In this document: piece by piece, positions 17,104 through 25,998 of the stretch | How the letters are laid out: every line of letters starts with the position of its first letter | Numbering within the stretch: the first letter of the stretch is position 1 | DNA from: a virus | Taxonomy: Duplodnaviria; Caudoviricetes | Strand: one strand, 5' to 3' | DNA length: 41,488 nucleotides | IMG/VR virus record: IMGVR_UViG_3300032277_002045 | Span: 1-41,488 of that record | Position numbers and translations under genes: made by a program | The notes under the pieces: model-generated | Seen by the model: only the letters and a program-made list of their open reading frames with translations | Databases searched by the model: none | What the model was told of the DNA's origin: nothing

Positions 17104-17810
17104 TGGATAATACTACTCTACAAATAAAGCTAAAGCAAAGGTTGAATAAATTAGCCAGCAATGATTATGATAACATTGAAAAATGGCAAATGATAGAAGC
17201 TTTTAATAAGGCTGCTGTAGAATGGTCTAGAAGGCAACTACATGGCGGTAATGTGTATAAAGAAGGTGATGAGTTTTCTAAAAGGCGTATTGATGATATG
17301 CAAGTACTCCTTCAAGAACTATTATTAACTGGAATAGAAACAGATAATTATTTTGAAACTACTAATTTTCCAACTGAAGATTATCTAGAATTTAAAAGGA
17401 TTAATGCAAAGGCTAATGATGAGTGCTGCCCTGATAGTAGGCAAATGTCAGTTTATTTAACTGAAGAAGCTAATGTTACATTAAATCTTAGAGATCCATT
17501 AAAAAATCCTAGTTTTGAATGGGCTGAAACTTTTTGTACATTAATTGGCAATACGATCAGGATATATAAAAATCCTACTTTTAATATTGTAGAGCCTACT
17601 CTAACATATTATAGAAGACCTGCCTATATTCAATTTAACGGCACTCTTAATCCATATACGGGTCTTATATCTACATTAGATGTAGAATCTGAATTTAAAG
17701 ATGATATTGTAGAATTAATATTAGATGAAACAGCTGCTATAATTTCTGGAGATATAGATAATTATAATCAAATGCAAAGAGAAACTCAGGCAGCTGAAAG
17801 ATCTAATTAA
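17103..17810 (+). CDS. Putative neck/ring (head-tail connector) protein
   Basis: KRRIDDMQVLL and LTYYRRP...EFKDDIVELILDETA patterns seen in crAss-like ring/adaptor proteins; TAATG overlap. Confidence 0.6.
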   Translation: MDNTTLQIKLKQRLNKLASNDYDNIEKWQMIEAFNKAAVEWSRRQLHGGNVYKEGDEFSKRRIDDMQVLLQELLLTGIETDNYFETTNFPTEDYLEFKRINAKANDECCPDSRQMSVYLTEEANVTLNLRDPLKNPSFEWAETFCTLIGNTIRIYKNPTFNIVEPTLTYYRRPAYIQFNGTLNPYTGLISTLDVESEFKDDIVELILDETAAIISGDIDNYNQMQRETQAAERSN

Positions 17811-17836
17811 ATTTTATTGGTTTATTAAAAAAAGTT

Positions 17837-17848
17837 TTTGTATATTAT
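17837..17848 (+). promoter_or_regulatory. Putative late promoter TTTGTATATTAT
   Basis: Exact motif copy, followed by hairpin TGTCC-AAAGA-GGACA (17852-17866). Confidence 0.7.
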
Positions 17849-17898
17849 ATATGTCCAAAGAGGACAAATTGTATTTCTAAATTAAAAAATAAAAAAAA

Positions 17899-19362
17899 AT
17901 GGCGTATTTTAATCACGCATTTGCAAAAAGTTGGTTAGCTACAGACGTACTAACTGGCGGAGAAGCTACATCTGCATTTACAGCAGGGGATTTCGCATTA
18001 GTTGACGGAAGAACTTGGGAAGAAGATTCAGCTGGTAATATTGCAACTGCTAAACACTTAGCCTATCTAGTAGGAGGAAATTTCCACTCTGCTGATAGCA
18101 TTGGTAATAATCCGGGACATGGAGGTTACCAAGAATCAATTAAATCAAAAGGAATTAACTTCAACTACATTAGCAGACTTGGGTTTGCTCCTGTTGTTGC
18201 ATCTAAACAAGGTTCTGCTTGTCTTACTGTAGGATCTACATGTGCTCCATGTGGTGAGAATTTATTCTTACGTATGGATGTAAAAGGATCTCCAGCACTA
18301 CGTTTCTTGAACCGCAATGCTTATGCAATTGGCGATAGTTCAGGTGATGCTGCGGCTAATGGAGGACCTCTTCCTGCACTACTTTGTTGTGCTGATGGAC
18401 AAGAGTATGTTGATCCAGCATTAGCTCTTGCAGCTGCTTTGCAGATGACAATTGCTGATCCTATTGTTGCACCGTTTGTTGCTGAAGCTGGCAATGTAAG
18501 TGCGGGTAGTGTTACTGCTGTTGGTACTGGTTATACTAGTGCACCTAGTGTAGCAACTACTGGTGGTAGCGGTTCAGGATTAACTTTAACTACTACTGAT
18601 GATGGTGGTGGCGGTATTGCTAGTGTTGTACTTGGTGATACTATTGGCTCTGGATATGTAGACGGAGATGTTGTTACTGTTACAGGTGGTGGCGCTAATG
18701 CTACTGTTGAACTTACAGTTACAACAGCAGGTATGGTTGTTATTGAGGCAGGTGTTGAAACGGCTTATACTATAGCTGAAGTACTTGATGGAACTTATAC
18801 TCCAACTGCTGATCCAGTTGGTGATCAAGTTTCTGCTAGAGCTTGTGTAAATGGTGCTTATGTTGACACTAAATTTGGTGATTGTTCATTTGATACTAGA
18901 GATCATTATGAAAAAGAGCCTGTATCTCTTATCTTTTCTTTCTTAGATGAGACAGGAAATCCTTGTAGTGATTGCGGTACTTCCGTATCTAGTCCTGGAC
19001 AAATGGCTCAAACTTCAGGCGAAACTGTTCTTAGATCTTTACTATTAACTGAGAGATATGCTCAAAATCCATTTAACCAAGGAAACAGAGATTCTTCTAG
19101 AATCCGTGAAATTGAAGGATTTGATCCAATCTTAGATGCTGTTACTAGAACTAAGCTTTACAGAGTTTATTACTTACAACACAGTGTTCCACGTTTGAAC
19201 AACCCATCTGGAGTGTTTGACAACGATCAATACTTGTATCAAGTATTTGTTGACGAAGATAATGGAACATTAGTAACTGCAATGGATGGTCTATGGGCTG
19301 CCATTGAAGCACAATGTATTGCGGTAGGAAACTATCTTGTAGAGAGCACAGACTCACTATAA
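17899..19362 (+). CDS. Abundant virion structural protein with an inserted Gly/Thr-rich GxGY repeat domain
   Basis: Has its own promoter motif and terminator; Ala/Gly/Thr-rich; insertion containing VGTGYT and IGSGYVDGD. Confidence 0.6.
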   Translation: MAYFNHAFAKSWLATDVLTGGEATSAFTAGDFALVDGRTWEEDSAGNIATAKHLAYLVGGNFHSADSIGNNPGHGGYQESIKSKGINFNYISRLGFAPVVASKQGSACLTVGSTCAPCGENLFLRMDVKGSPALRFLNRNAYAIGDSSGDAAANGGPLPALLCCADGQEYVDPALALAAALQMTIADPIVAPFVAEAGNVSAGSVTAVGTGYTSAPSVATTGGSGSGLTLTTTDDGGGGIASVVLGDTIGSGYVDGDVVTVTGGGANATVELTVTTAGMVVIEAGVETAYTIAEVLDGTYTPTADPVGDQVSARACVNGAYVDTKFGDCSFDTRDHYEKEPVSLIFSFLDETGNPCSDCGTSVSSPGQMAQTSGETVLRSLLLTERYAQNPFNQGNRDSSRIREIEGFDPILDAVTRTKLYRVYYLQHSVPRLNNPSGVFDNDQYLYQVFVDEDNGTLVTAMDGLWAAIEAQCIAVGNYLVESTDSL

Positions 19363-19383
19363 TATACATATCATAATAAAAAT

Positions 19384-19416
19384 GGAAGGTGAGATTTATG
19401 TCTCACCTTTCTTTTT
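19384..19416 (+). terminator. Intrinsic terminator
   Basis: AAGGTGAGA-TTTATG-TCTCACCTT followed by TCTTTTT. Confidence 0.85.
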
Positions 19417-19430
19417 ATATTCCTGTTTTT

Positions 19431-19442
19431 TTTGTATATTAT
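19431..19442 (+). promoter_or_regulatory. Putative late promoter TTTGTATATTAT
   Basis: Exact motif copy immediately after a terminator and before the ATG at 19470. Confidence 0.7.
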
Positions 19443-19469
19443 TATTGTACGTATAAATAATTTGATTCC

Positions 19470-20027
19470 ATGGCTGAAAAGCATATTTTAAGTTTAGAAC
19501 TTCCTACTGTAGCAAATTGTGAAATCTTGTCTATAAAAGATACAAGTCAGTATTCTGATATTGTATCAAAAGATTGCCCTGAACTTCTTATTACAGTACC
19601 GGGTTTTAATAATCCTACACTAATAGAGGTTACTCCAGGATTTGATTTAAATTTAGCAGGATGTGATCTTAAAATACAAACTACAGCTTGTGGTGAAGAA
19701 AACATAGCACTTCCAGATGGAGTATATGTAATAAGATATAGTTTATCACCAAATGATAAAGTATTTGTAGAATACAATTATTTACGTACAACAGCAATTT
19801 TAAATTTATATTACGAAGTATTGTGTGGATTAAATTTATCTGACTGTGAGCCTTCTTCTGATAAAGAAGATCTTATTTCAGAAATAAACTATCTACGTAT
19901 TTTAATTGACTCAGCAAAAGCTCAAGTTGAATATTGCCATAACCCTAGTAAAGGAATGTCAATGTATGATTATGCTTTAACTAGATTGAGAAAAATACTT
20001 TGTACTACATCACCTAGTAACTGTTAA
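19470..20027 (+). CDS. Putative tail/neck structural protein
   Basis: LPDGVYVIRYS Ig-like strand followed by a helical C-terminus; located in the structural block. Confidence 0.55.
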   Translation: MAEKHILSLELPTVANCEILSIKDTSQYSDIVSKDCPELLITVPGFNNPTLIEVTPGFDLNLAGCDLKIQTTACGEENIALPDGVYVIRYSLSPNDKVFVEYNYLRTTAILNLYYEVLCGLNLSDCEPSSDKEDLISEINYLRILIDSAKAQVEYCHNPSKGMSMYDYALTRLRKILCTTSPSNC

Positions 20028-20037
20028 AACCAATAAT

Positions 20038-20211
20038 ATGAAATGTGTAAGTTGTAATAAAGGATTTTCTTGTGGTTGTCAAAAGACAAAAGCTAAAGAC
20101 GGAAGTACAGTGCATAAATCATGTCTTAGTAAATATAATGGTACTATTAATCAACCAGCTAATAGGTTAACTAATAGCATCAATAAAGCTAAGTCTAATT
20201 TAGTAAAATAA
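20038..20211 (+). CDS. 57-aa zinc-finger-like protein (not in the ORF track): MKCVSCNKGFSCGCQKTKAKDGSTVHKSCLSKYNGTINQPANRLTNSINKAKSNLVK
   Basis: AAAACCAATAAT directly before the ATG; CxxC...CxC...HxxC; stop overlaps the next start (TAATG at 20209-20213). Confidence 0.8.
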   Translation: MKCVSCNKGFSCGCQKTKAKDGSTVHKSCLSKYNGTINQPANRLTNSINKAKSNLVK

Positions 20212-20429
20212 TGCCTGAAGAAAAAGTAAATATAGAAAGTGAATTTGCAAATGCTGCCTACCAAGATTTTATATCTGTTAGATATGGGTTAACTCCTTGC
20301 TGTCATTTTGATTTTCAATCTATAACAATTAAACGTGACGCATGTAATTGGGAAAAACTGAAGAATACTACTTTAACAAGAACAGAAGGCTTAGTAAGTA
20401 AAGCAATTGATTGCGATAACCTAGGATAA
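20211..20429 (+). CDS. Small Cys-containing hypothetical protein
   Basis: 72 aa, RYGLTPCC motif, translationally coupled to the upstream ORF. Confidence 0.7.
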   Translation: MPEEKVNIESEFANAAYQDFISVRYGLTPCCHFDFQSITIKRDACNWEKLKNTTLTRTEGLVSKAIDCDNLG

Positions 20430-20445
20430 AAAAAATAAAAATTAT

Positions 20446-20453
20446 TATATTAT
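20446..20453 (+). promoter_or_regulatory. Late promoter core TATATTAT (variant)
   Basis: Intergenic, just upstream of the 1199-aa gene. Confidence 0.4.
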
Positions 20454-20462
20454 ATATACACT

Positions 20463-23400
20463 ATGATACCTTCAAAAAAAAATAACACTTCTCCTTGCAC
20501 ACCCGTTTCTTCAAATTGTGTAATATGGCAAGGACCTGATATTTCTTGTATAGATTTATGTAATGGTGACACTATTAGTGATGTTATTGCAAAATTAGCA
20601 ACAGAGATATGTAGCATAATTGATGCAACATGCGAATGTAATCCAGATCTTACTGGATTAGATATATCATGTATTACAGAAACAACTCCGGAAGGTCTTG
20701 TTCCAACTTTGCAAGCAATTATAGATTATAGTTGCGCTAGCTCAGGTGGCGGAGGTACTAAAGATCTTAATGTAAATTTAGCAAAATGCCTTCAATTTGA
20801 AGATAGGAATACAGGAAACCGGGTTACTGCTCTTCCTATAGATCAGTTTGCTGAATTAATAGGAAATCAGTTATGCAGTCTTATATCTGTAGTTAATTCA
20901 TTAGATCAAAATATTCAAAATCTTGATAATAGAATTCAAGTATTAGAAGCATGTGTTTTACCATGTACTCCAAATGGAGAAGCTGATTTTAATGTTATTT
21001 CTAATTGTTTATTTAAAGGAGAGACAGTTTCAATATCTACATTAATACTAGCAATTGAATCTAGGTTTTGTCAACAAGTTGGCGCTGTTGGAGATGTATC
21101 ATCTGTAAATGGAGCTATTTCAGCTCAAGGTATTTCAGCAACAGATAGAAGATTATCTCAAGAAGGTACAATTGGAAATATTGCAGGCTGGCTTGATTCA
21201 CCTAAAAGTTTGGCTGAATCAAATGTAAATCAATGGAAAATGATAGATGAACTATATCTTTCAGTATTAGATATACAAAGTACTCTACCTAAAAATTGTG
21301 ATAATGCAAATTTTGTTTTTACCTATAATACTCAAGATTCAAATGGAAACGGACTTGTAGATTTAATAAATTTAAACTTCCAAGCAACTCAAATTCCAGC
21401 TGGATTTACGGATTGCAATGGTACTACAACAATTACAGTAACTGATTCAGATGGAAATTCAATTACTCAAAATATTAATGTATCTGGATTAGTTAATGCA
21501 AATAGCGGTGTAAATGTAAACATAGAAAGCTTAAATAGATTTTCATCAATAAATCTAAGTATTCCGTTTTGTGTTACTGATGGTAATTCACAATGTGCAG
21601 ATAGACAGCAGGTAATTATACCATTAAGCGCTCCTTGTCCTTCAGGTGTAACAGTAGCTGCTGGAATAAATACTATTAATGTAAGTTTTCCAAATACTCT
21701 AGGTTCAGATGTAGCTTATGAAATAACAGCAACTAGTCAAGAAAGTGGTGGAGTTTTAGGAACTACTCAAATTGTAAATCCATCTACAAGTGTAAATTAT
21801 ACTTTTACGGGAGCAGTTGCCGGAAGCACATATGATGTACAAATTACTGTTATTGCTGGTAGAAATTCCAGAACTACCTGCCCAAGTGAGTCTGTACTTA
21901 TTCCAGGCATAAACTGCGGAGACGTAGAAGTTATAACTCCATCTACAAATCCTGTTGAATCTTCAGATGTATTTTTAGGATTATATGATAGCGGAGTAAC
22001 TGTAAAAAGATATTGGTATGATGCTGCAGATGGTTTAATAAAAGAAGAAAATGTGGGAGCTACAGTTCCTTGTGATTCCCCAACTTTATCAAGTCCAACA
22101 ATGGATTATCTTGGTACACCTGGAGATGTTGCAGTTACTGTAAGTTATGGTACAGAACCTTCTCCAATAAGTGCTGAAACATCATGGAGTATAGACGGAA
22201 TAACATATAATGGATTAGCAACAGGAGCAGATGGCGTTAGAGTAATCTCAACTGGACAAACAAGCGGCTCTGTTTATATAAAAGTAGAAACAACTTGTAC
22301 TGGACCTGTATTAAGCATCCCAACTATTTTAAGATATGACTTTGCAACAGAAGTTTGGGTGACAATACAAAGTCCCCAAGAATGTGCAAGTACATCATTA
22401 ACTGAATCTTGCCCATCAGGTATTGAAGTTGCAAGACAATATCTAGAATGTGGTCCAACTACTTATACTGTATTTGGTGGATCTGCTGCTAGCTATTGGT
22501 TTTATATTGGTAAAACAAATAGTCCTGGCGGAACTAGATATATTTATGCAGGATGGGATAATGCTACCAACAGTGTTAGAAGTGTTGTTGAATGCTGTAC
22601 ATGTCCAACATTTATACTTTCAGATCCAATTCAAGTATTATGCGGAAACAATGGAGATAGTGTTGATATAACATTACCTTATGTATTAGGAGAAGGTGAC
22701 CCAGCTATGACAATACTTGTTAATCCGGTACTAGGATCTGTAGTTCAAGGCGCTATCTCAAATCAATTTACATATACATCAATTAATCCTTCTGGCAATG
22801 CGGATTATGCTGATACATTCCAAGTTCAATTGCAACCTAGTGTTCCAGGAACCGGAAATTGTTCTTTATCAGTAATGACTGTTCAAATTGAAATGATTAA
22901 TGAAAATGTAAAATTAGATTATACGGATCAAGATATATATGTATTTGTAAATACAAATGGTATTAGTTCTGCCAATGGTGGTTTATTAAAAGCCGGATTT
23001 GGTATATTAAACGGTTATTGGAATTCTGAATTTGGATACACGGGTAATATTTATTTTATTCCTACGGATTCTAAAAGATGGGCAGGTTATCCTAAAGCTA
23101 TTGTTGATGATGGTGTTAGCTGGCTTCAATCTGCAGATTTAGCATGGCAAGCATTAGAAGACTTACCAACATCTTGGACTCCAGGTGGTGTTGGAGTTTA
23201 TAAAAACTCAGCAATAGTATTAACGTTTTCAAATGATTCTAGTGTTGACTATCATGATTTAACATTAGCTTCCGGATATGGAAGTGGACCAACAGCTCAA
23301 CCAACAGTTTCATACAAAGAAGATTATGATGCATTAATTGATATGTTAAGCGGAACTCAAGAAAGTATATGGGCTCAAGGTTTAGGACTTACTTCAAACC

Positions 23401-24062
23401 AATTTCCAGATGGTCTTTCTACAGTACTATATCCTTTAGTTGTAAATGGATCTGGATCTGCTGATGCAGCCAATATTTTGCAAATGATTGCAGCTTATAC
23501 TGCAGAGTTAATTCCACCAAGTAAATATGGAATTGCAACTGCACCGGATGTAGCACCCTATATATTGCAGGGATTGGCAACTACAATGCCTTACACAGGA
23601 TCTACTACTCCTGGTAATACAATTACTCAATTATTTAGAAAGCCTAGCTTTGGAAGTCTAGCTTTATTAGATCAAGAAGATAGTCCTTCTGAATGGAATG
23701 ATATAAAAGATGGTATTGGTAAATTTAGAACCTTACTTACAAGAGCAATAAAAAGTGATGATAATACATATCCGGCTACAACATTGCCTGTTACTAATGT
23801 ATTTGAAGTACAAGATTGTGCTGGAGCATGGGGACCTTGGTTTGTAAGAATAACGGATCACGGTTGCGGAACTATAGGTGTAGGTACTGTAGTTAAATTA
23901 AATAATCCAGGAGTTACTTTTCCAGCAAGTGGTGGAAGACCAGAATGGGTAGCTGGAACAAATAAATGTTTAACAATTATTGCTAACTGTTCTGCTACGC
24001 CAGATGAATTAACTGTTGACTTAGATAGTACATATGATGAATGTGTATCTTGTACACCTTAA
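20463..24062 (+). CDS. Large Cys-rich tail fibre/spike-like protein with a coiled coil and FN3/Ig-like domains
   Basis: Cys-rich N-terminus, heptads LDQNIQNLDNRIQVLE, FN3-like YTFTGAVAGSTYDVQITV. Confidence 0.6.
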   Translation: MIPSKKNNTSPCTPVSSNCVIWQGPDISCIDLCNGDTISDVIAKLATEICSIIDATCECNPDLTGLDISCITETTPEGLVPTLQAIIDYSCASSGGGGTKDLNVNLAKCLQFEDRNTGNRVTALPIDQFAELIGNQLCSLISVVNSLDQNIQNLDNRIQVLEACVLPCTPNGEADFNVISNCLFKGETVSISTLILAIESRFCQQVGAVGDVSSVNGAISAQGISATDRRLSQEGTIGNIAGWLDSPKSLAESNVNQWKMIDELYLSVLDIQSTLPKNCDNANFVFTYNTQDSNGNGLVDLINLNFQATQIPAGFTDCNGTTTITVTDSDGNSITQNINVSGLVNANSGVNVNIESLNRFSSINLSIPFCVTDGNSQCADRQQVIIPLSAPCPSGVTVAAGINTINVSFPNTLGSDVAYEITATSQESGGVLGTTQIVNPSTSVNYTFTGAVAGSTYDVQITVIAGRNSRTTCPSESVLIPGINCGDVEVITPSTNPVESSDVFLGLYDSGVTVKRYWYDAADGLIKEENVGATVPCDSPTLSSPTMDYLGTPGDVAVTVSYGTEPSPISAETSWSIDGITYNGLATGADGVRVISTGQTSGSVYIKVETTCTGPVLSIPTILRYDFATEVWVTIQSPQECASTSLTESCPSGIEVARQYLECGPTTYTVFGGSAASYWFYIGKTNSPGGTRYIYAGWDNATNSVRSVVECCTCPTFILSDPIQVLCGNNGDSVDITLPYVLGEGDPAMTILVNPVLGSVVQGAISNQFTYTSINPSGNADYADTFQVQLQPSVPGTGNCSLSVMTVQIEMINENVKLDYTDQDIYVFVNTNGISSANGGLLKAGFGILNGYWNSEFGYTGNIYFIPTDSKRWAGYPKAIVDDGVSWLQSADLAWQALEDLPTSWTPGGVGVYKNSAIVLTFSNDSSVDYHDLTLASGYGSGPTAQPTVSYKEDYDALIDMLSGTQESIWAQGLGLTSNQFPDGLSTVLYPLVVNGSGSADAANILQMIAAYTAELIPPSKYGIATAPDVAPYILQGLATTMPYTGSTTPGNTITQLFRKPSFGSLALLDQEDSPSEWNDIKDGIGKFRTLLTRAIKSDDNTYPATTLPVTNVFEVQDCAGAWGPWFVRITDHGCGTIGVGTVVKLNNPGVTFPASGGRPEWVAGTNKCLTIIANCSATPDELTVDLDSTYDECVSCTP

Positions 24063-24081
24063 TAAATAAAAATTAAATAAA

Positions 24082-24633
24082 ATGGCTTGTAATTGTAATA
24101 AATGTAACCCAGCTAAACCATGTGGTTGTTCTGATCCAGCAATAAGTAATCCTTGTACTTATAGTGATTGCAGTGTAGGAAGTGAAAGATGTGCCACGGT
24201 ATGTTGCACAGAATGTGTTAGCTATTGCGGAACTACTTTTCAAGTAGGTACTGCCGGAAGCATTATAAAAATTGAAACAGGAGAAAGATTAGATTCAATA
24301 ATTCAAAAAATGGCTTTAATGATGAGTCAGGGAATTGGAGGATGTACATCAGATGATTTACATCATGCTCCGTATAATGTTTATGCTGCTAATATAACAT
24401 CTAATTCTGCAGTTATATTGTGGAATAGTGAATCTACAGCAACAGCTCAAATAGAAGTATTTGCAGATTCTGGGTTAGGTTATGTATCACAGGGAATTGT
24501 TGGACCTACAGTATTGCAATTAGCAATATCTAGTCTTACTACAGCAACTGACTATAAAGTTAAATTAGTCTCTACAGATTCTCTTGCAGCTACCTGCGAT
24601 AGTGTGGAAATTTTATTTACAACATTACTATAA
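24082..24633 (+). CDS. Cys-rich structural protein with a C-terminal FN3-like domain
   Basis: 12 Cys in the first 49 residues; APYNVYAANITSNSAVILW...LTTATDYKVKL is FN3-like. Confidence 0.65.
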   Translation: MACNCNKCNPAKPCGCSDPAISNPCTYSDCSVGSERCATVCCTECVSYCGTTFQVGTAGSIIKIETGERLDSIIQKMALMMSQGIGGCTSDDLHHAPYNVYAANITSNSAVILWNSESTATAQIEVFADSGLGYVSQGIVGPTVLQLAISSLTTATDYKVKLVSTDSLAATCDSVEILFTTLL

Positions 24634-24637
24634 CAGA

Positions 24638-24701
24638 GGTGATAATTTGTTGGTTTTTTATTACCAAAGTTGTGAAGCCCAGTTAATTCTGGGCTTTTTT
24701 T
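24638..24701 (+). ncRNA. Candidate antisense small RNA: stem-loop exposing UUUGUUGGUUUU, followed by a terminator
   Basis: Stem GGTGATAA (24638-45) / TTATTACC (24658-65). The loop is the reverse complement of AAAACCAACAAA at 11591-11602. Confidence 0.45.
24675..24701 (+). terminator. Intrinsic terminator
   Basis: AAGCCCAG-TTAATT-CTGGGCTT followed by TTTTT. Confidence 0.9.
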
Positions 24702-24737
24702 GCTTAAATCATTATATTTATATACAAAATTAAAATC

Positions 24738-25940
24738 ATGAATAAATTAGAACGTCTAGTAGAAGAGTCAAAATATTGGAAAAGAGATCCGGAATACTGC
24801 GCAAAAAGAATTGGCATATCTATAGAAGAATTTATAAAAATTAGAAAAAATGTAAAATCTAAAAGGAAAGCTCAAAGAAAATCTAATGCTAATATTTCAG
24901 TAAATATTGAAAAAGGTGAAGCTAGATTTGAAGGTAAATCTACAAAAGAACCAAAAGATGCAAACGAAATAATAAATCTTTTAAAAATAGATACAACTAA
25001 ATGGAAGCTTTCTCAGTACTGGAATAAACAAATGTCAGATCACTGGCGTATATCTGCTCTAGTTACTAAAATTAAAGAATCAGATATAGATCATTTAGAA
25101 GAACTAATTCATAAATGGAAACCCAAAAAATATAAAATACCAAAGCTATCAATATCAAAAGGATATTCATTAAGTCCTGACAGAGAAGTTGTATGTGGTG
25201 TAATGTCACTTCAGGATATTCATTTTGGAAAAGAAGGTAATGAAACAATAGATAAAGATTTTGAAGATACCGTTCAAAATCTTATGAAAAGAGGAATTGC
25301 AGTACATAATATAGAAGAATTATTTTTTGTTGTAGGAGGTGATTTAATTAACATGGATACATTTCACGGTACAACTACAAGCGGAACTCCTCTAGATAAT
25401 TGTAGTACAGCAACAGAAGCATATATCCAAGCATTTGATGCAATGATATGGGCCATTACGTTTATACTTTCGTATGTCAAGCATTTAACTATAGTATATG
25501 TACCGGGTAATCATGATAGATTATCATCATTTCATTTAGTACACGCGTTATCTAAAGCTATAGATTCTGATCAAATAACATGGGATATCAAATATGAAGA
25601 AAGAAAAGTCCATGTATGGCATGATAACTTTAATGCCTTTGAACATGGAGATGCTGTAAGCAAAAATACACCAATTGTTTATGCAACAGAGTTTGCTAAG
25701 GAATGGGGCTATACTAAAAATAGAACTTTATATACAGGCCATTTTCATCAAAATAAAAAAATAGAATATATAACAACTGCAGAAACAGCAGGATTTATAC
25801 ATAAGACATTACCTAGCTTATCTAAGACAGATTATTACCATTATCATAAAAAATATGTTGGTAATAGAAGATCTGGTAAACTAGAATTGCAATCACCTTC
25901 TAAAGGTAATATTTGTGAACTTACTTATTTAGCGGATTAA
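24738..25940 (+). CDS. Calcineurin-like metallophosphoesterase with an N-terminal extension
   Basis: All five motifs present: DIH, GD, GNHD, H(GD), GHFH. Confidence 0.9.
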   Translation: MNKLERLVEESKYWKRDPEYCAKRIGISIEEFIKIRKNVKSKRKAQRKSNANISVNIEKGEARFEGKSTKEPKDANEIINLLKIDTTKWKLSQYWNKQMSDHWRISALVTKIKESDIDHLEELIHKWKPKKYKIPKLSISKGYSLSPDREVVCGVMSLQDIHFGKEGNETIDKDFEDTVQNLMKRGIAVHNIEELFFVVGGDLINMDTFHGTTTSGTPLDNCSTATEAYIQAFDAMIWAITFILSYVKHLTIVYVPGNHDRLSSFHLVHALSKAIDSDQITWDIKYEERKVHVWHDNFNAFEHGDAVSKNTPIVYATEFAKEWGYTKNRTLYTGHFHQNKKIEYITTAETAGFIHKTLPSLSKTDYYHYHKKYVGNRRSGKLELQSPSKGNICELTYLAD

Positions 25941-25974
25941 ACTTTGATGTTTAACTTTTTTAAGTGCAGTTTTT

Positions 25975-25986
25975 TTTGTAAATTAT
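25975..25986 (+). promoter_or_regulatory. Variant late promoter TTTGTAAATTAT
   Basis: 11/12 match to the repeated motif; intergenic, before the ATG at 25999. Confidence 0.6.
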
Positions 25987-25998
25987 AATATAACTACT

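Noticed and set aside
24600-24658. AAAACCAACAAA on the minus strand as the start region of a hidden antisense gene
   Set aside because: The nearest downstream minus-strand ATG (24625-24623) is followed by TTG TAA, so there is no ORF.
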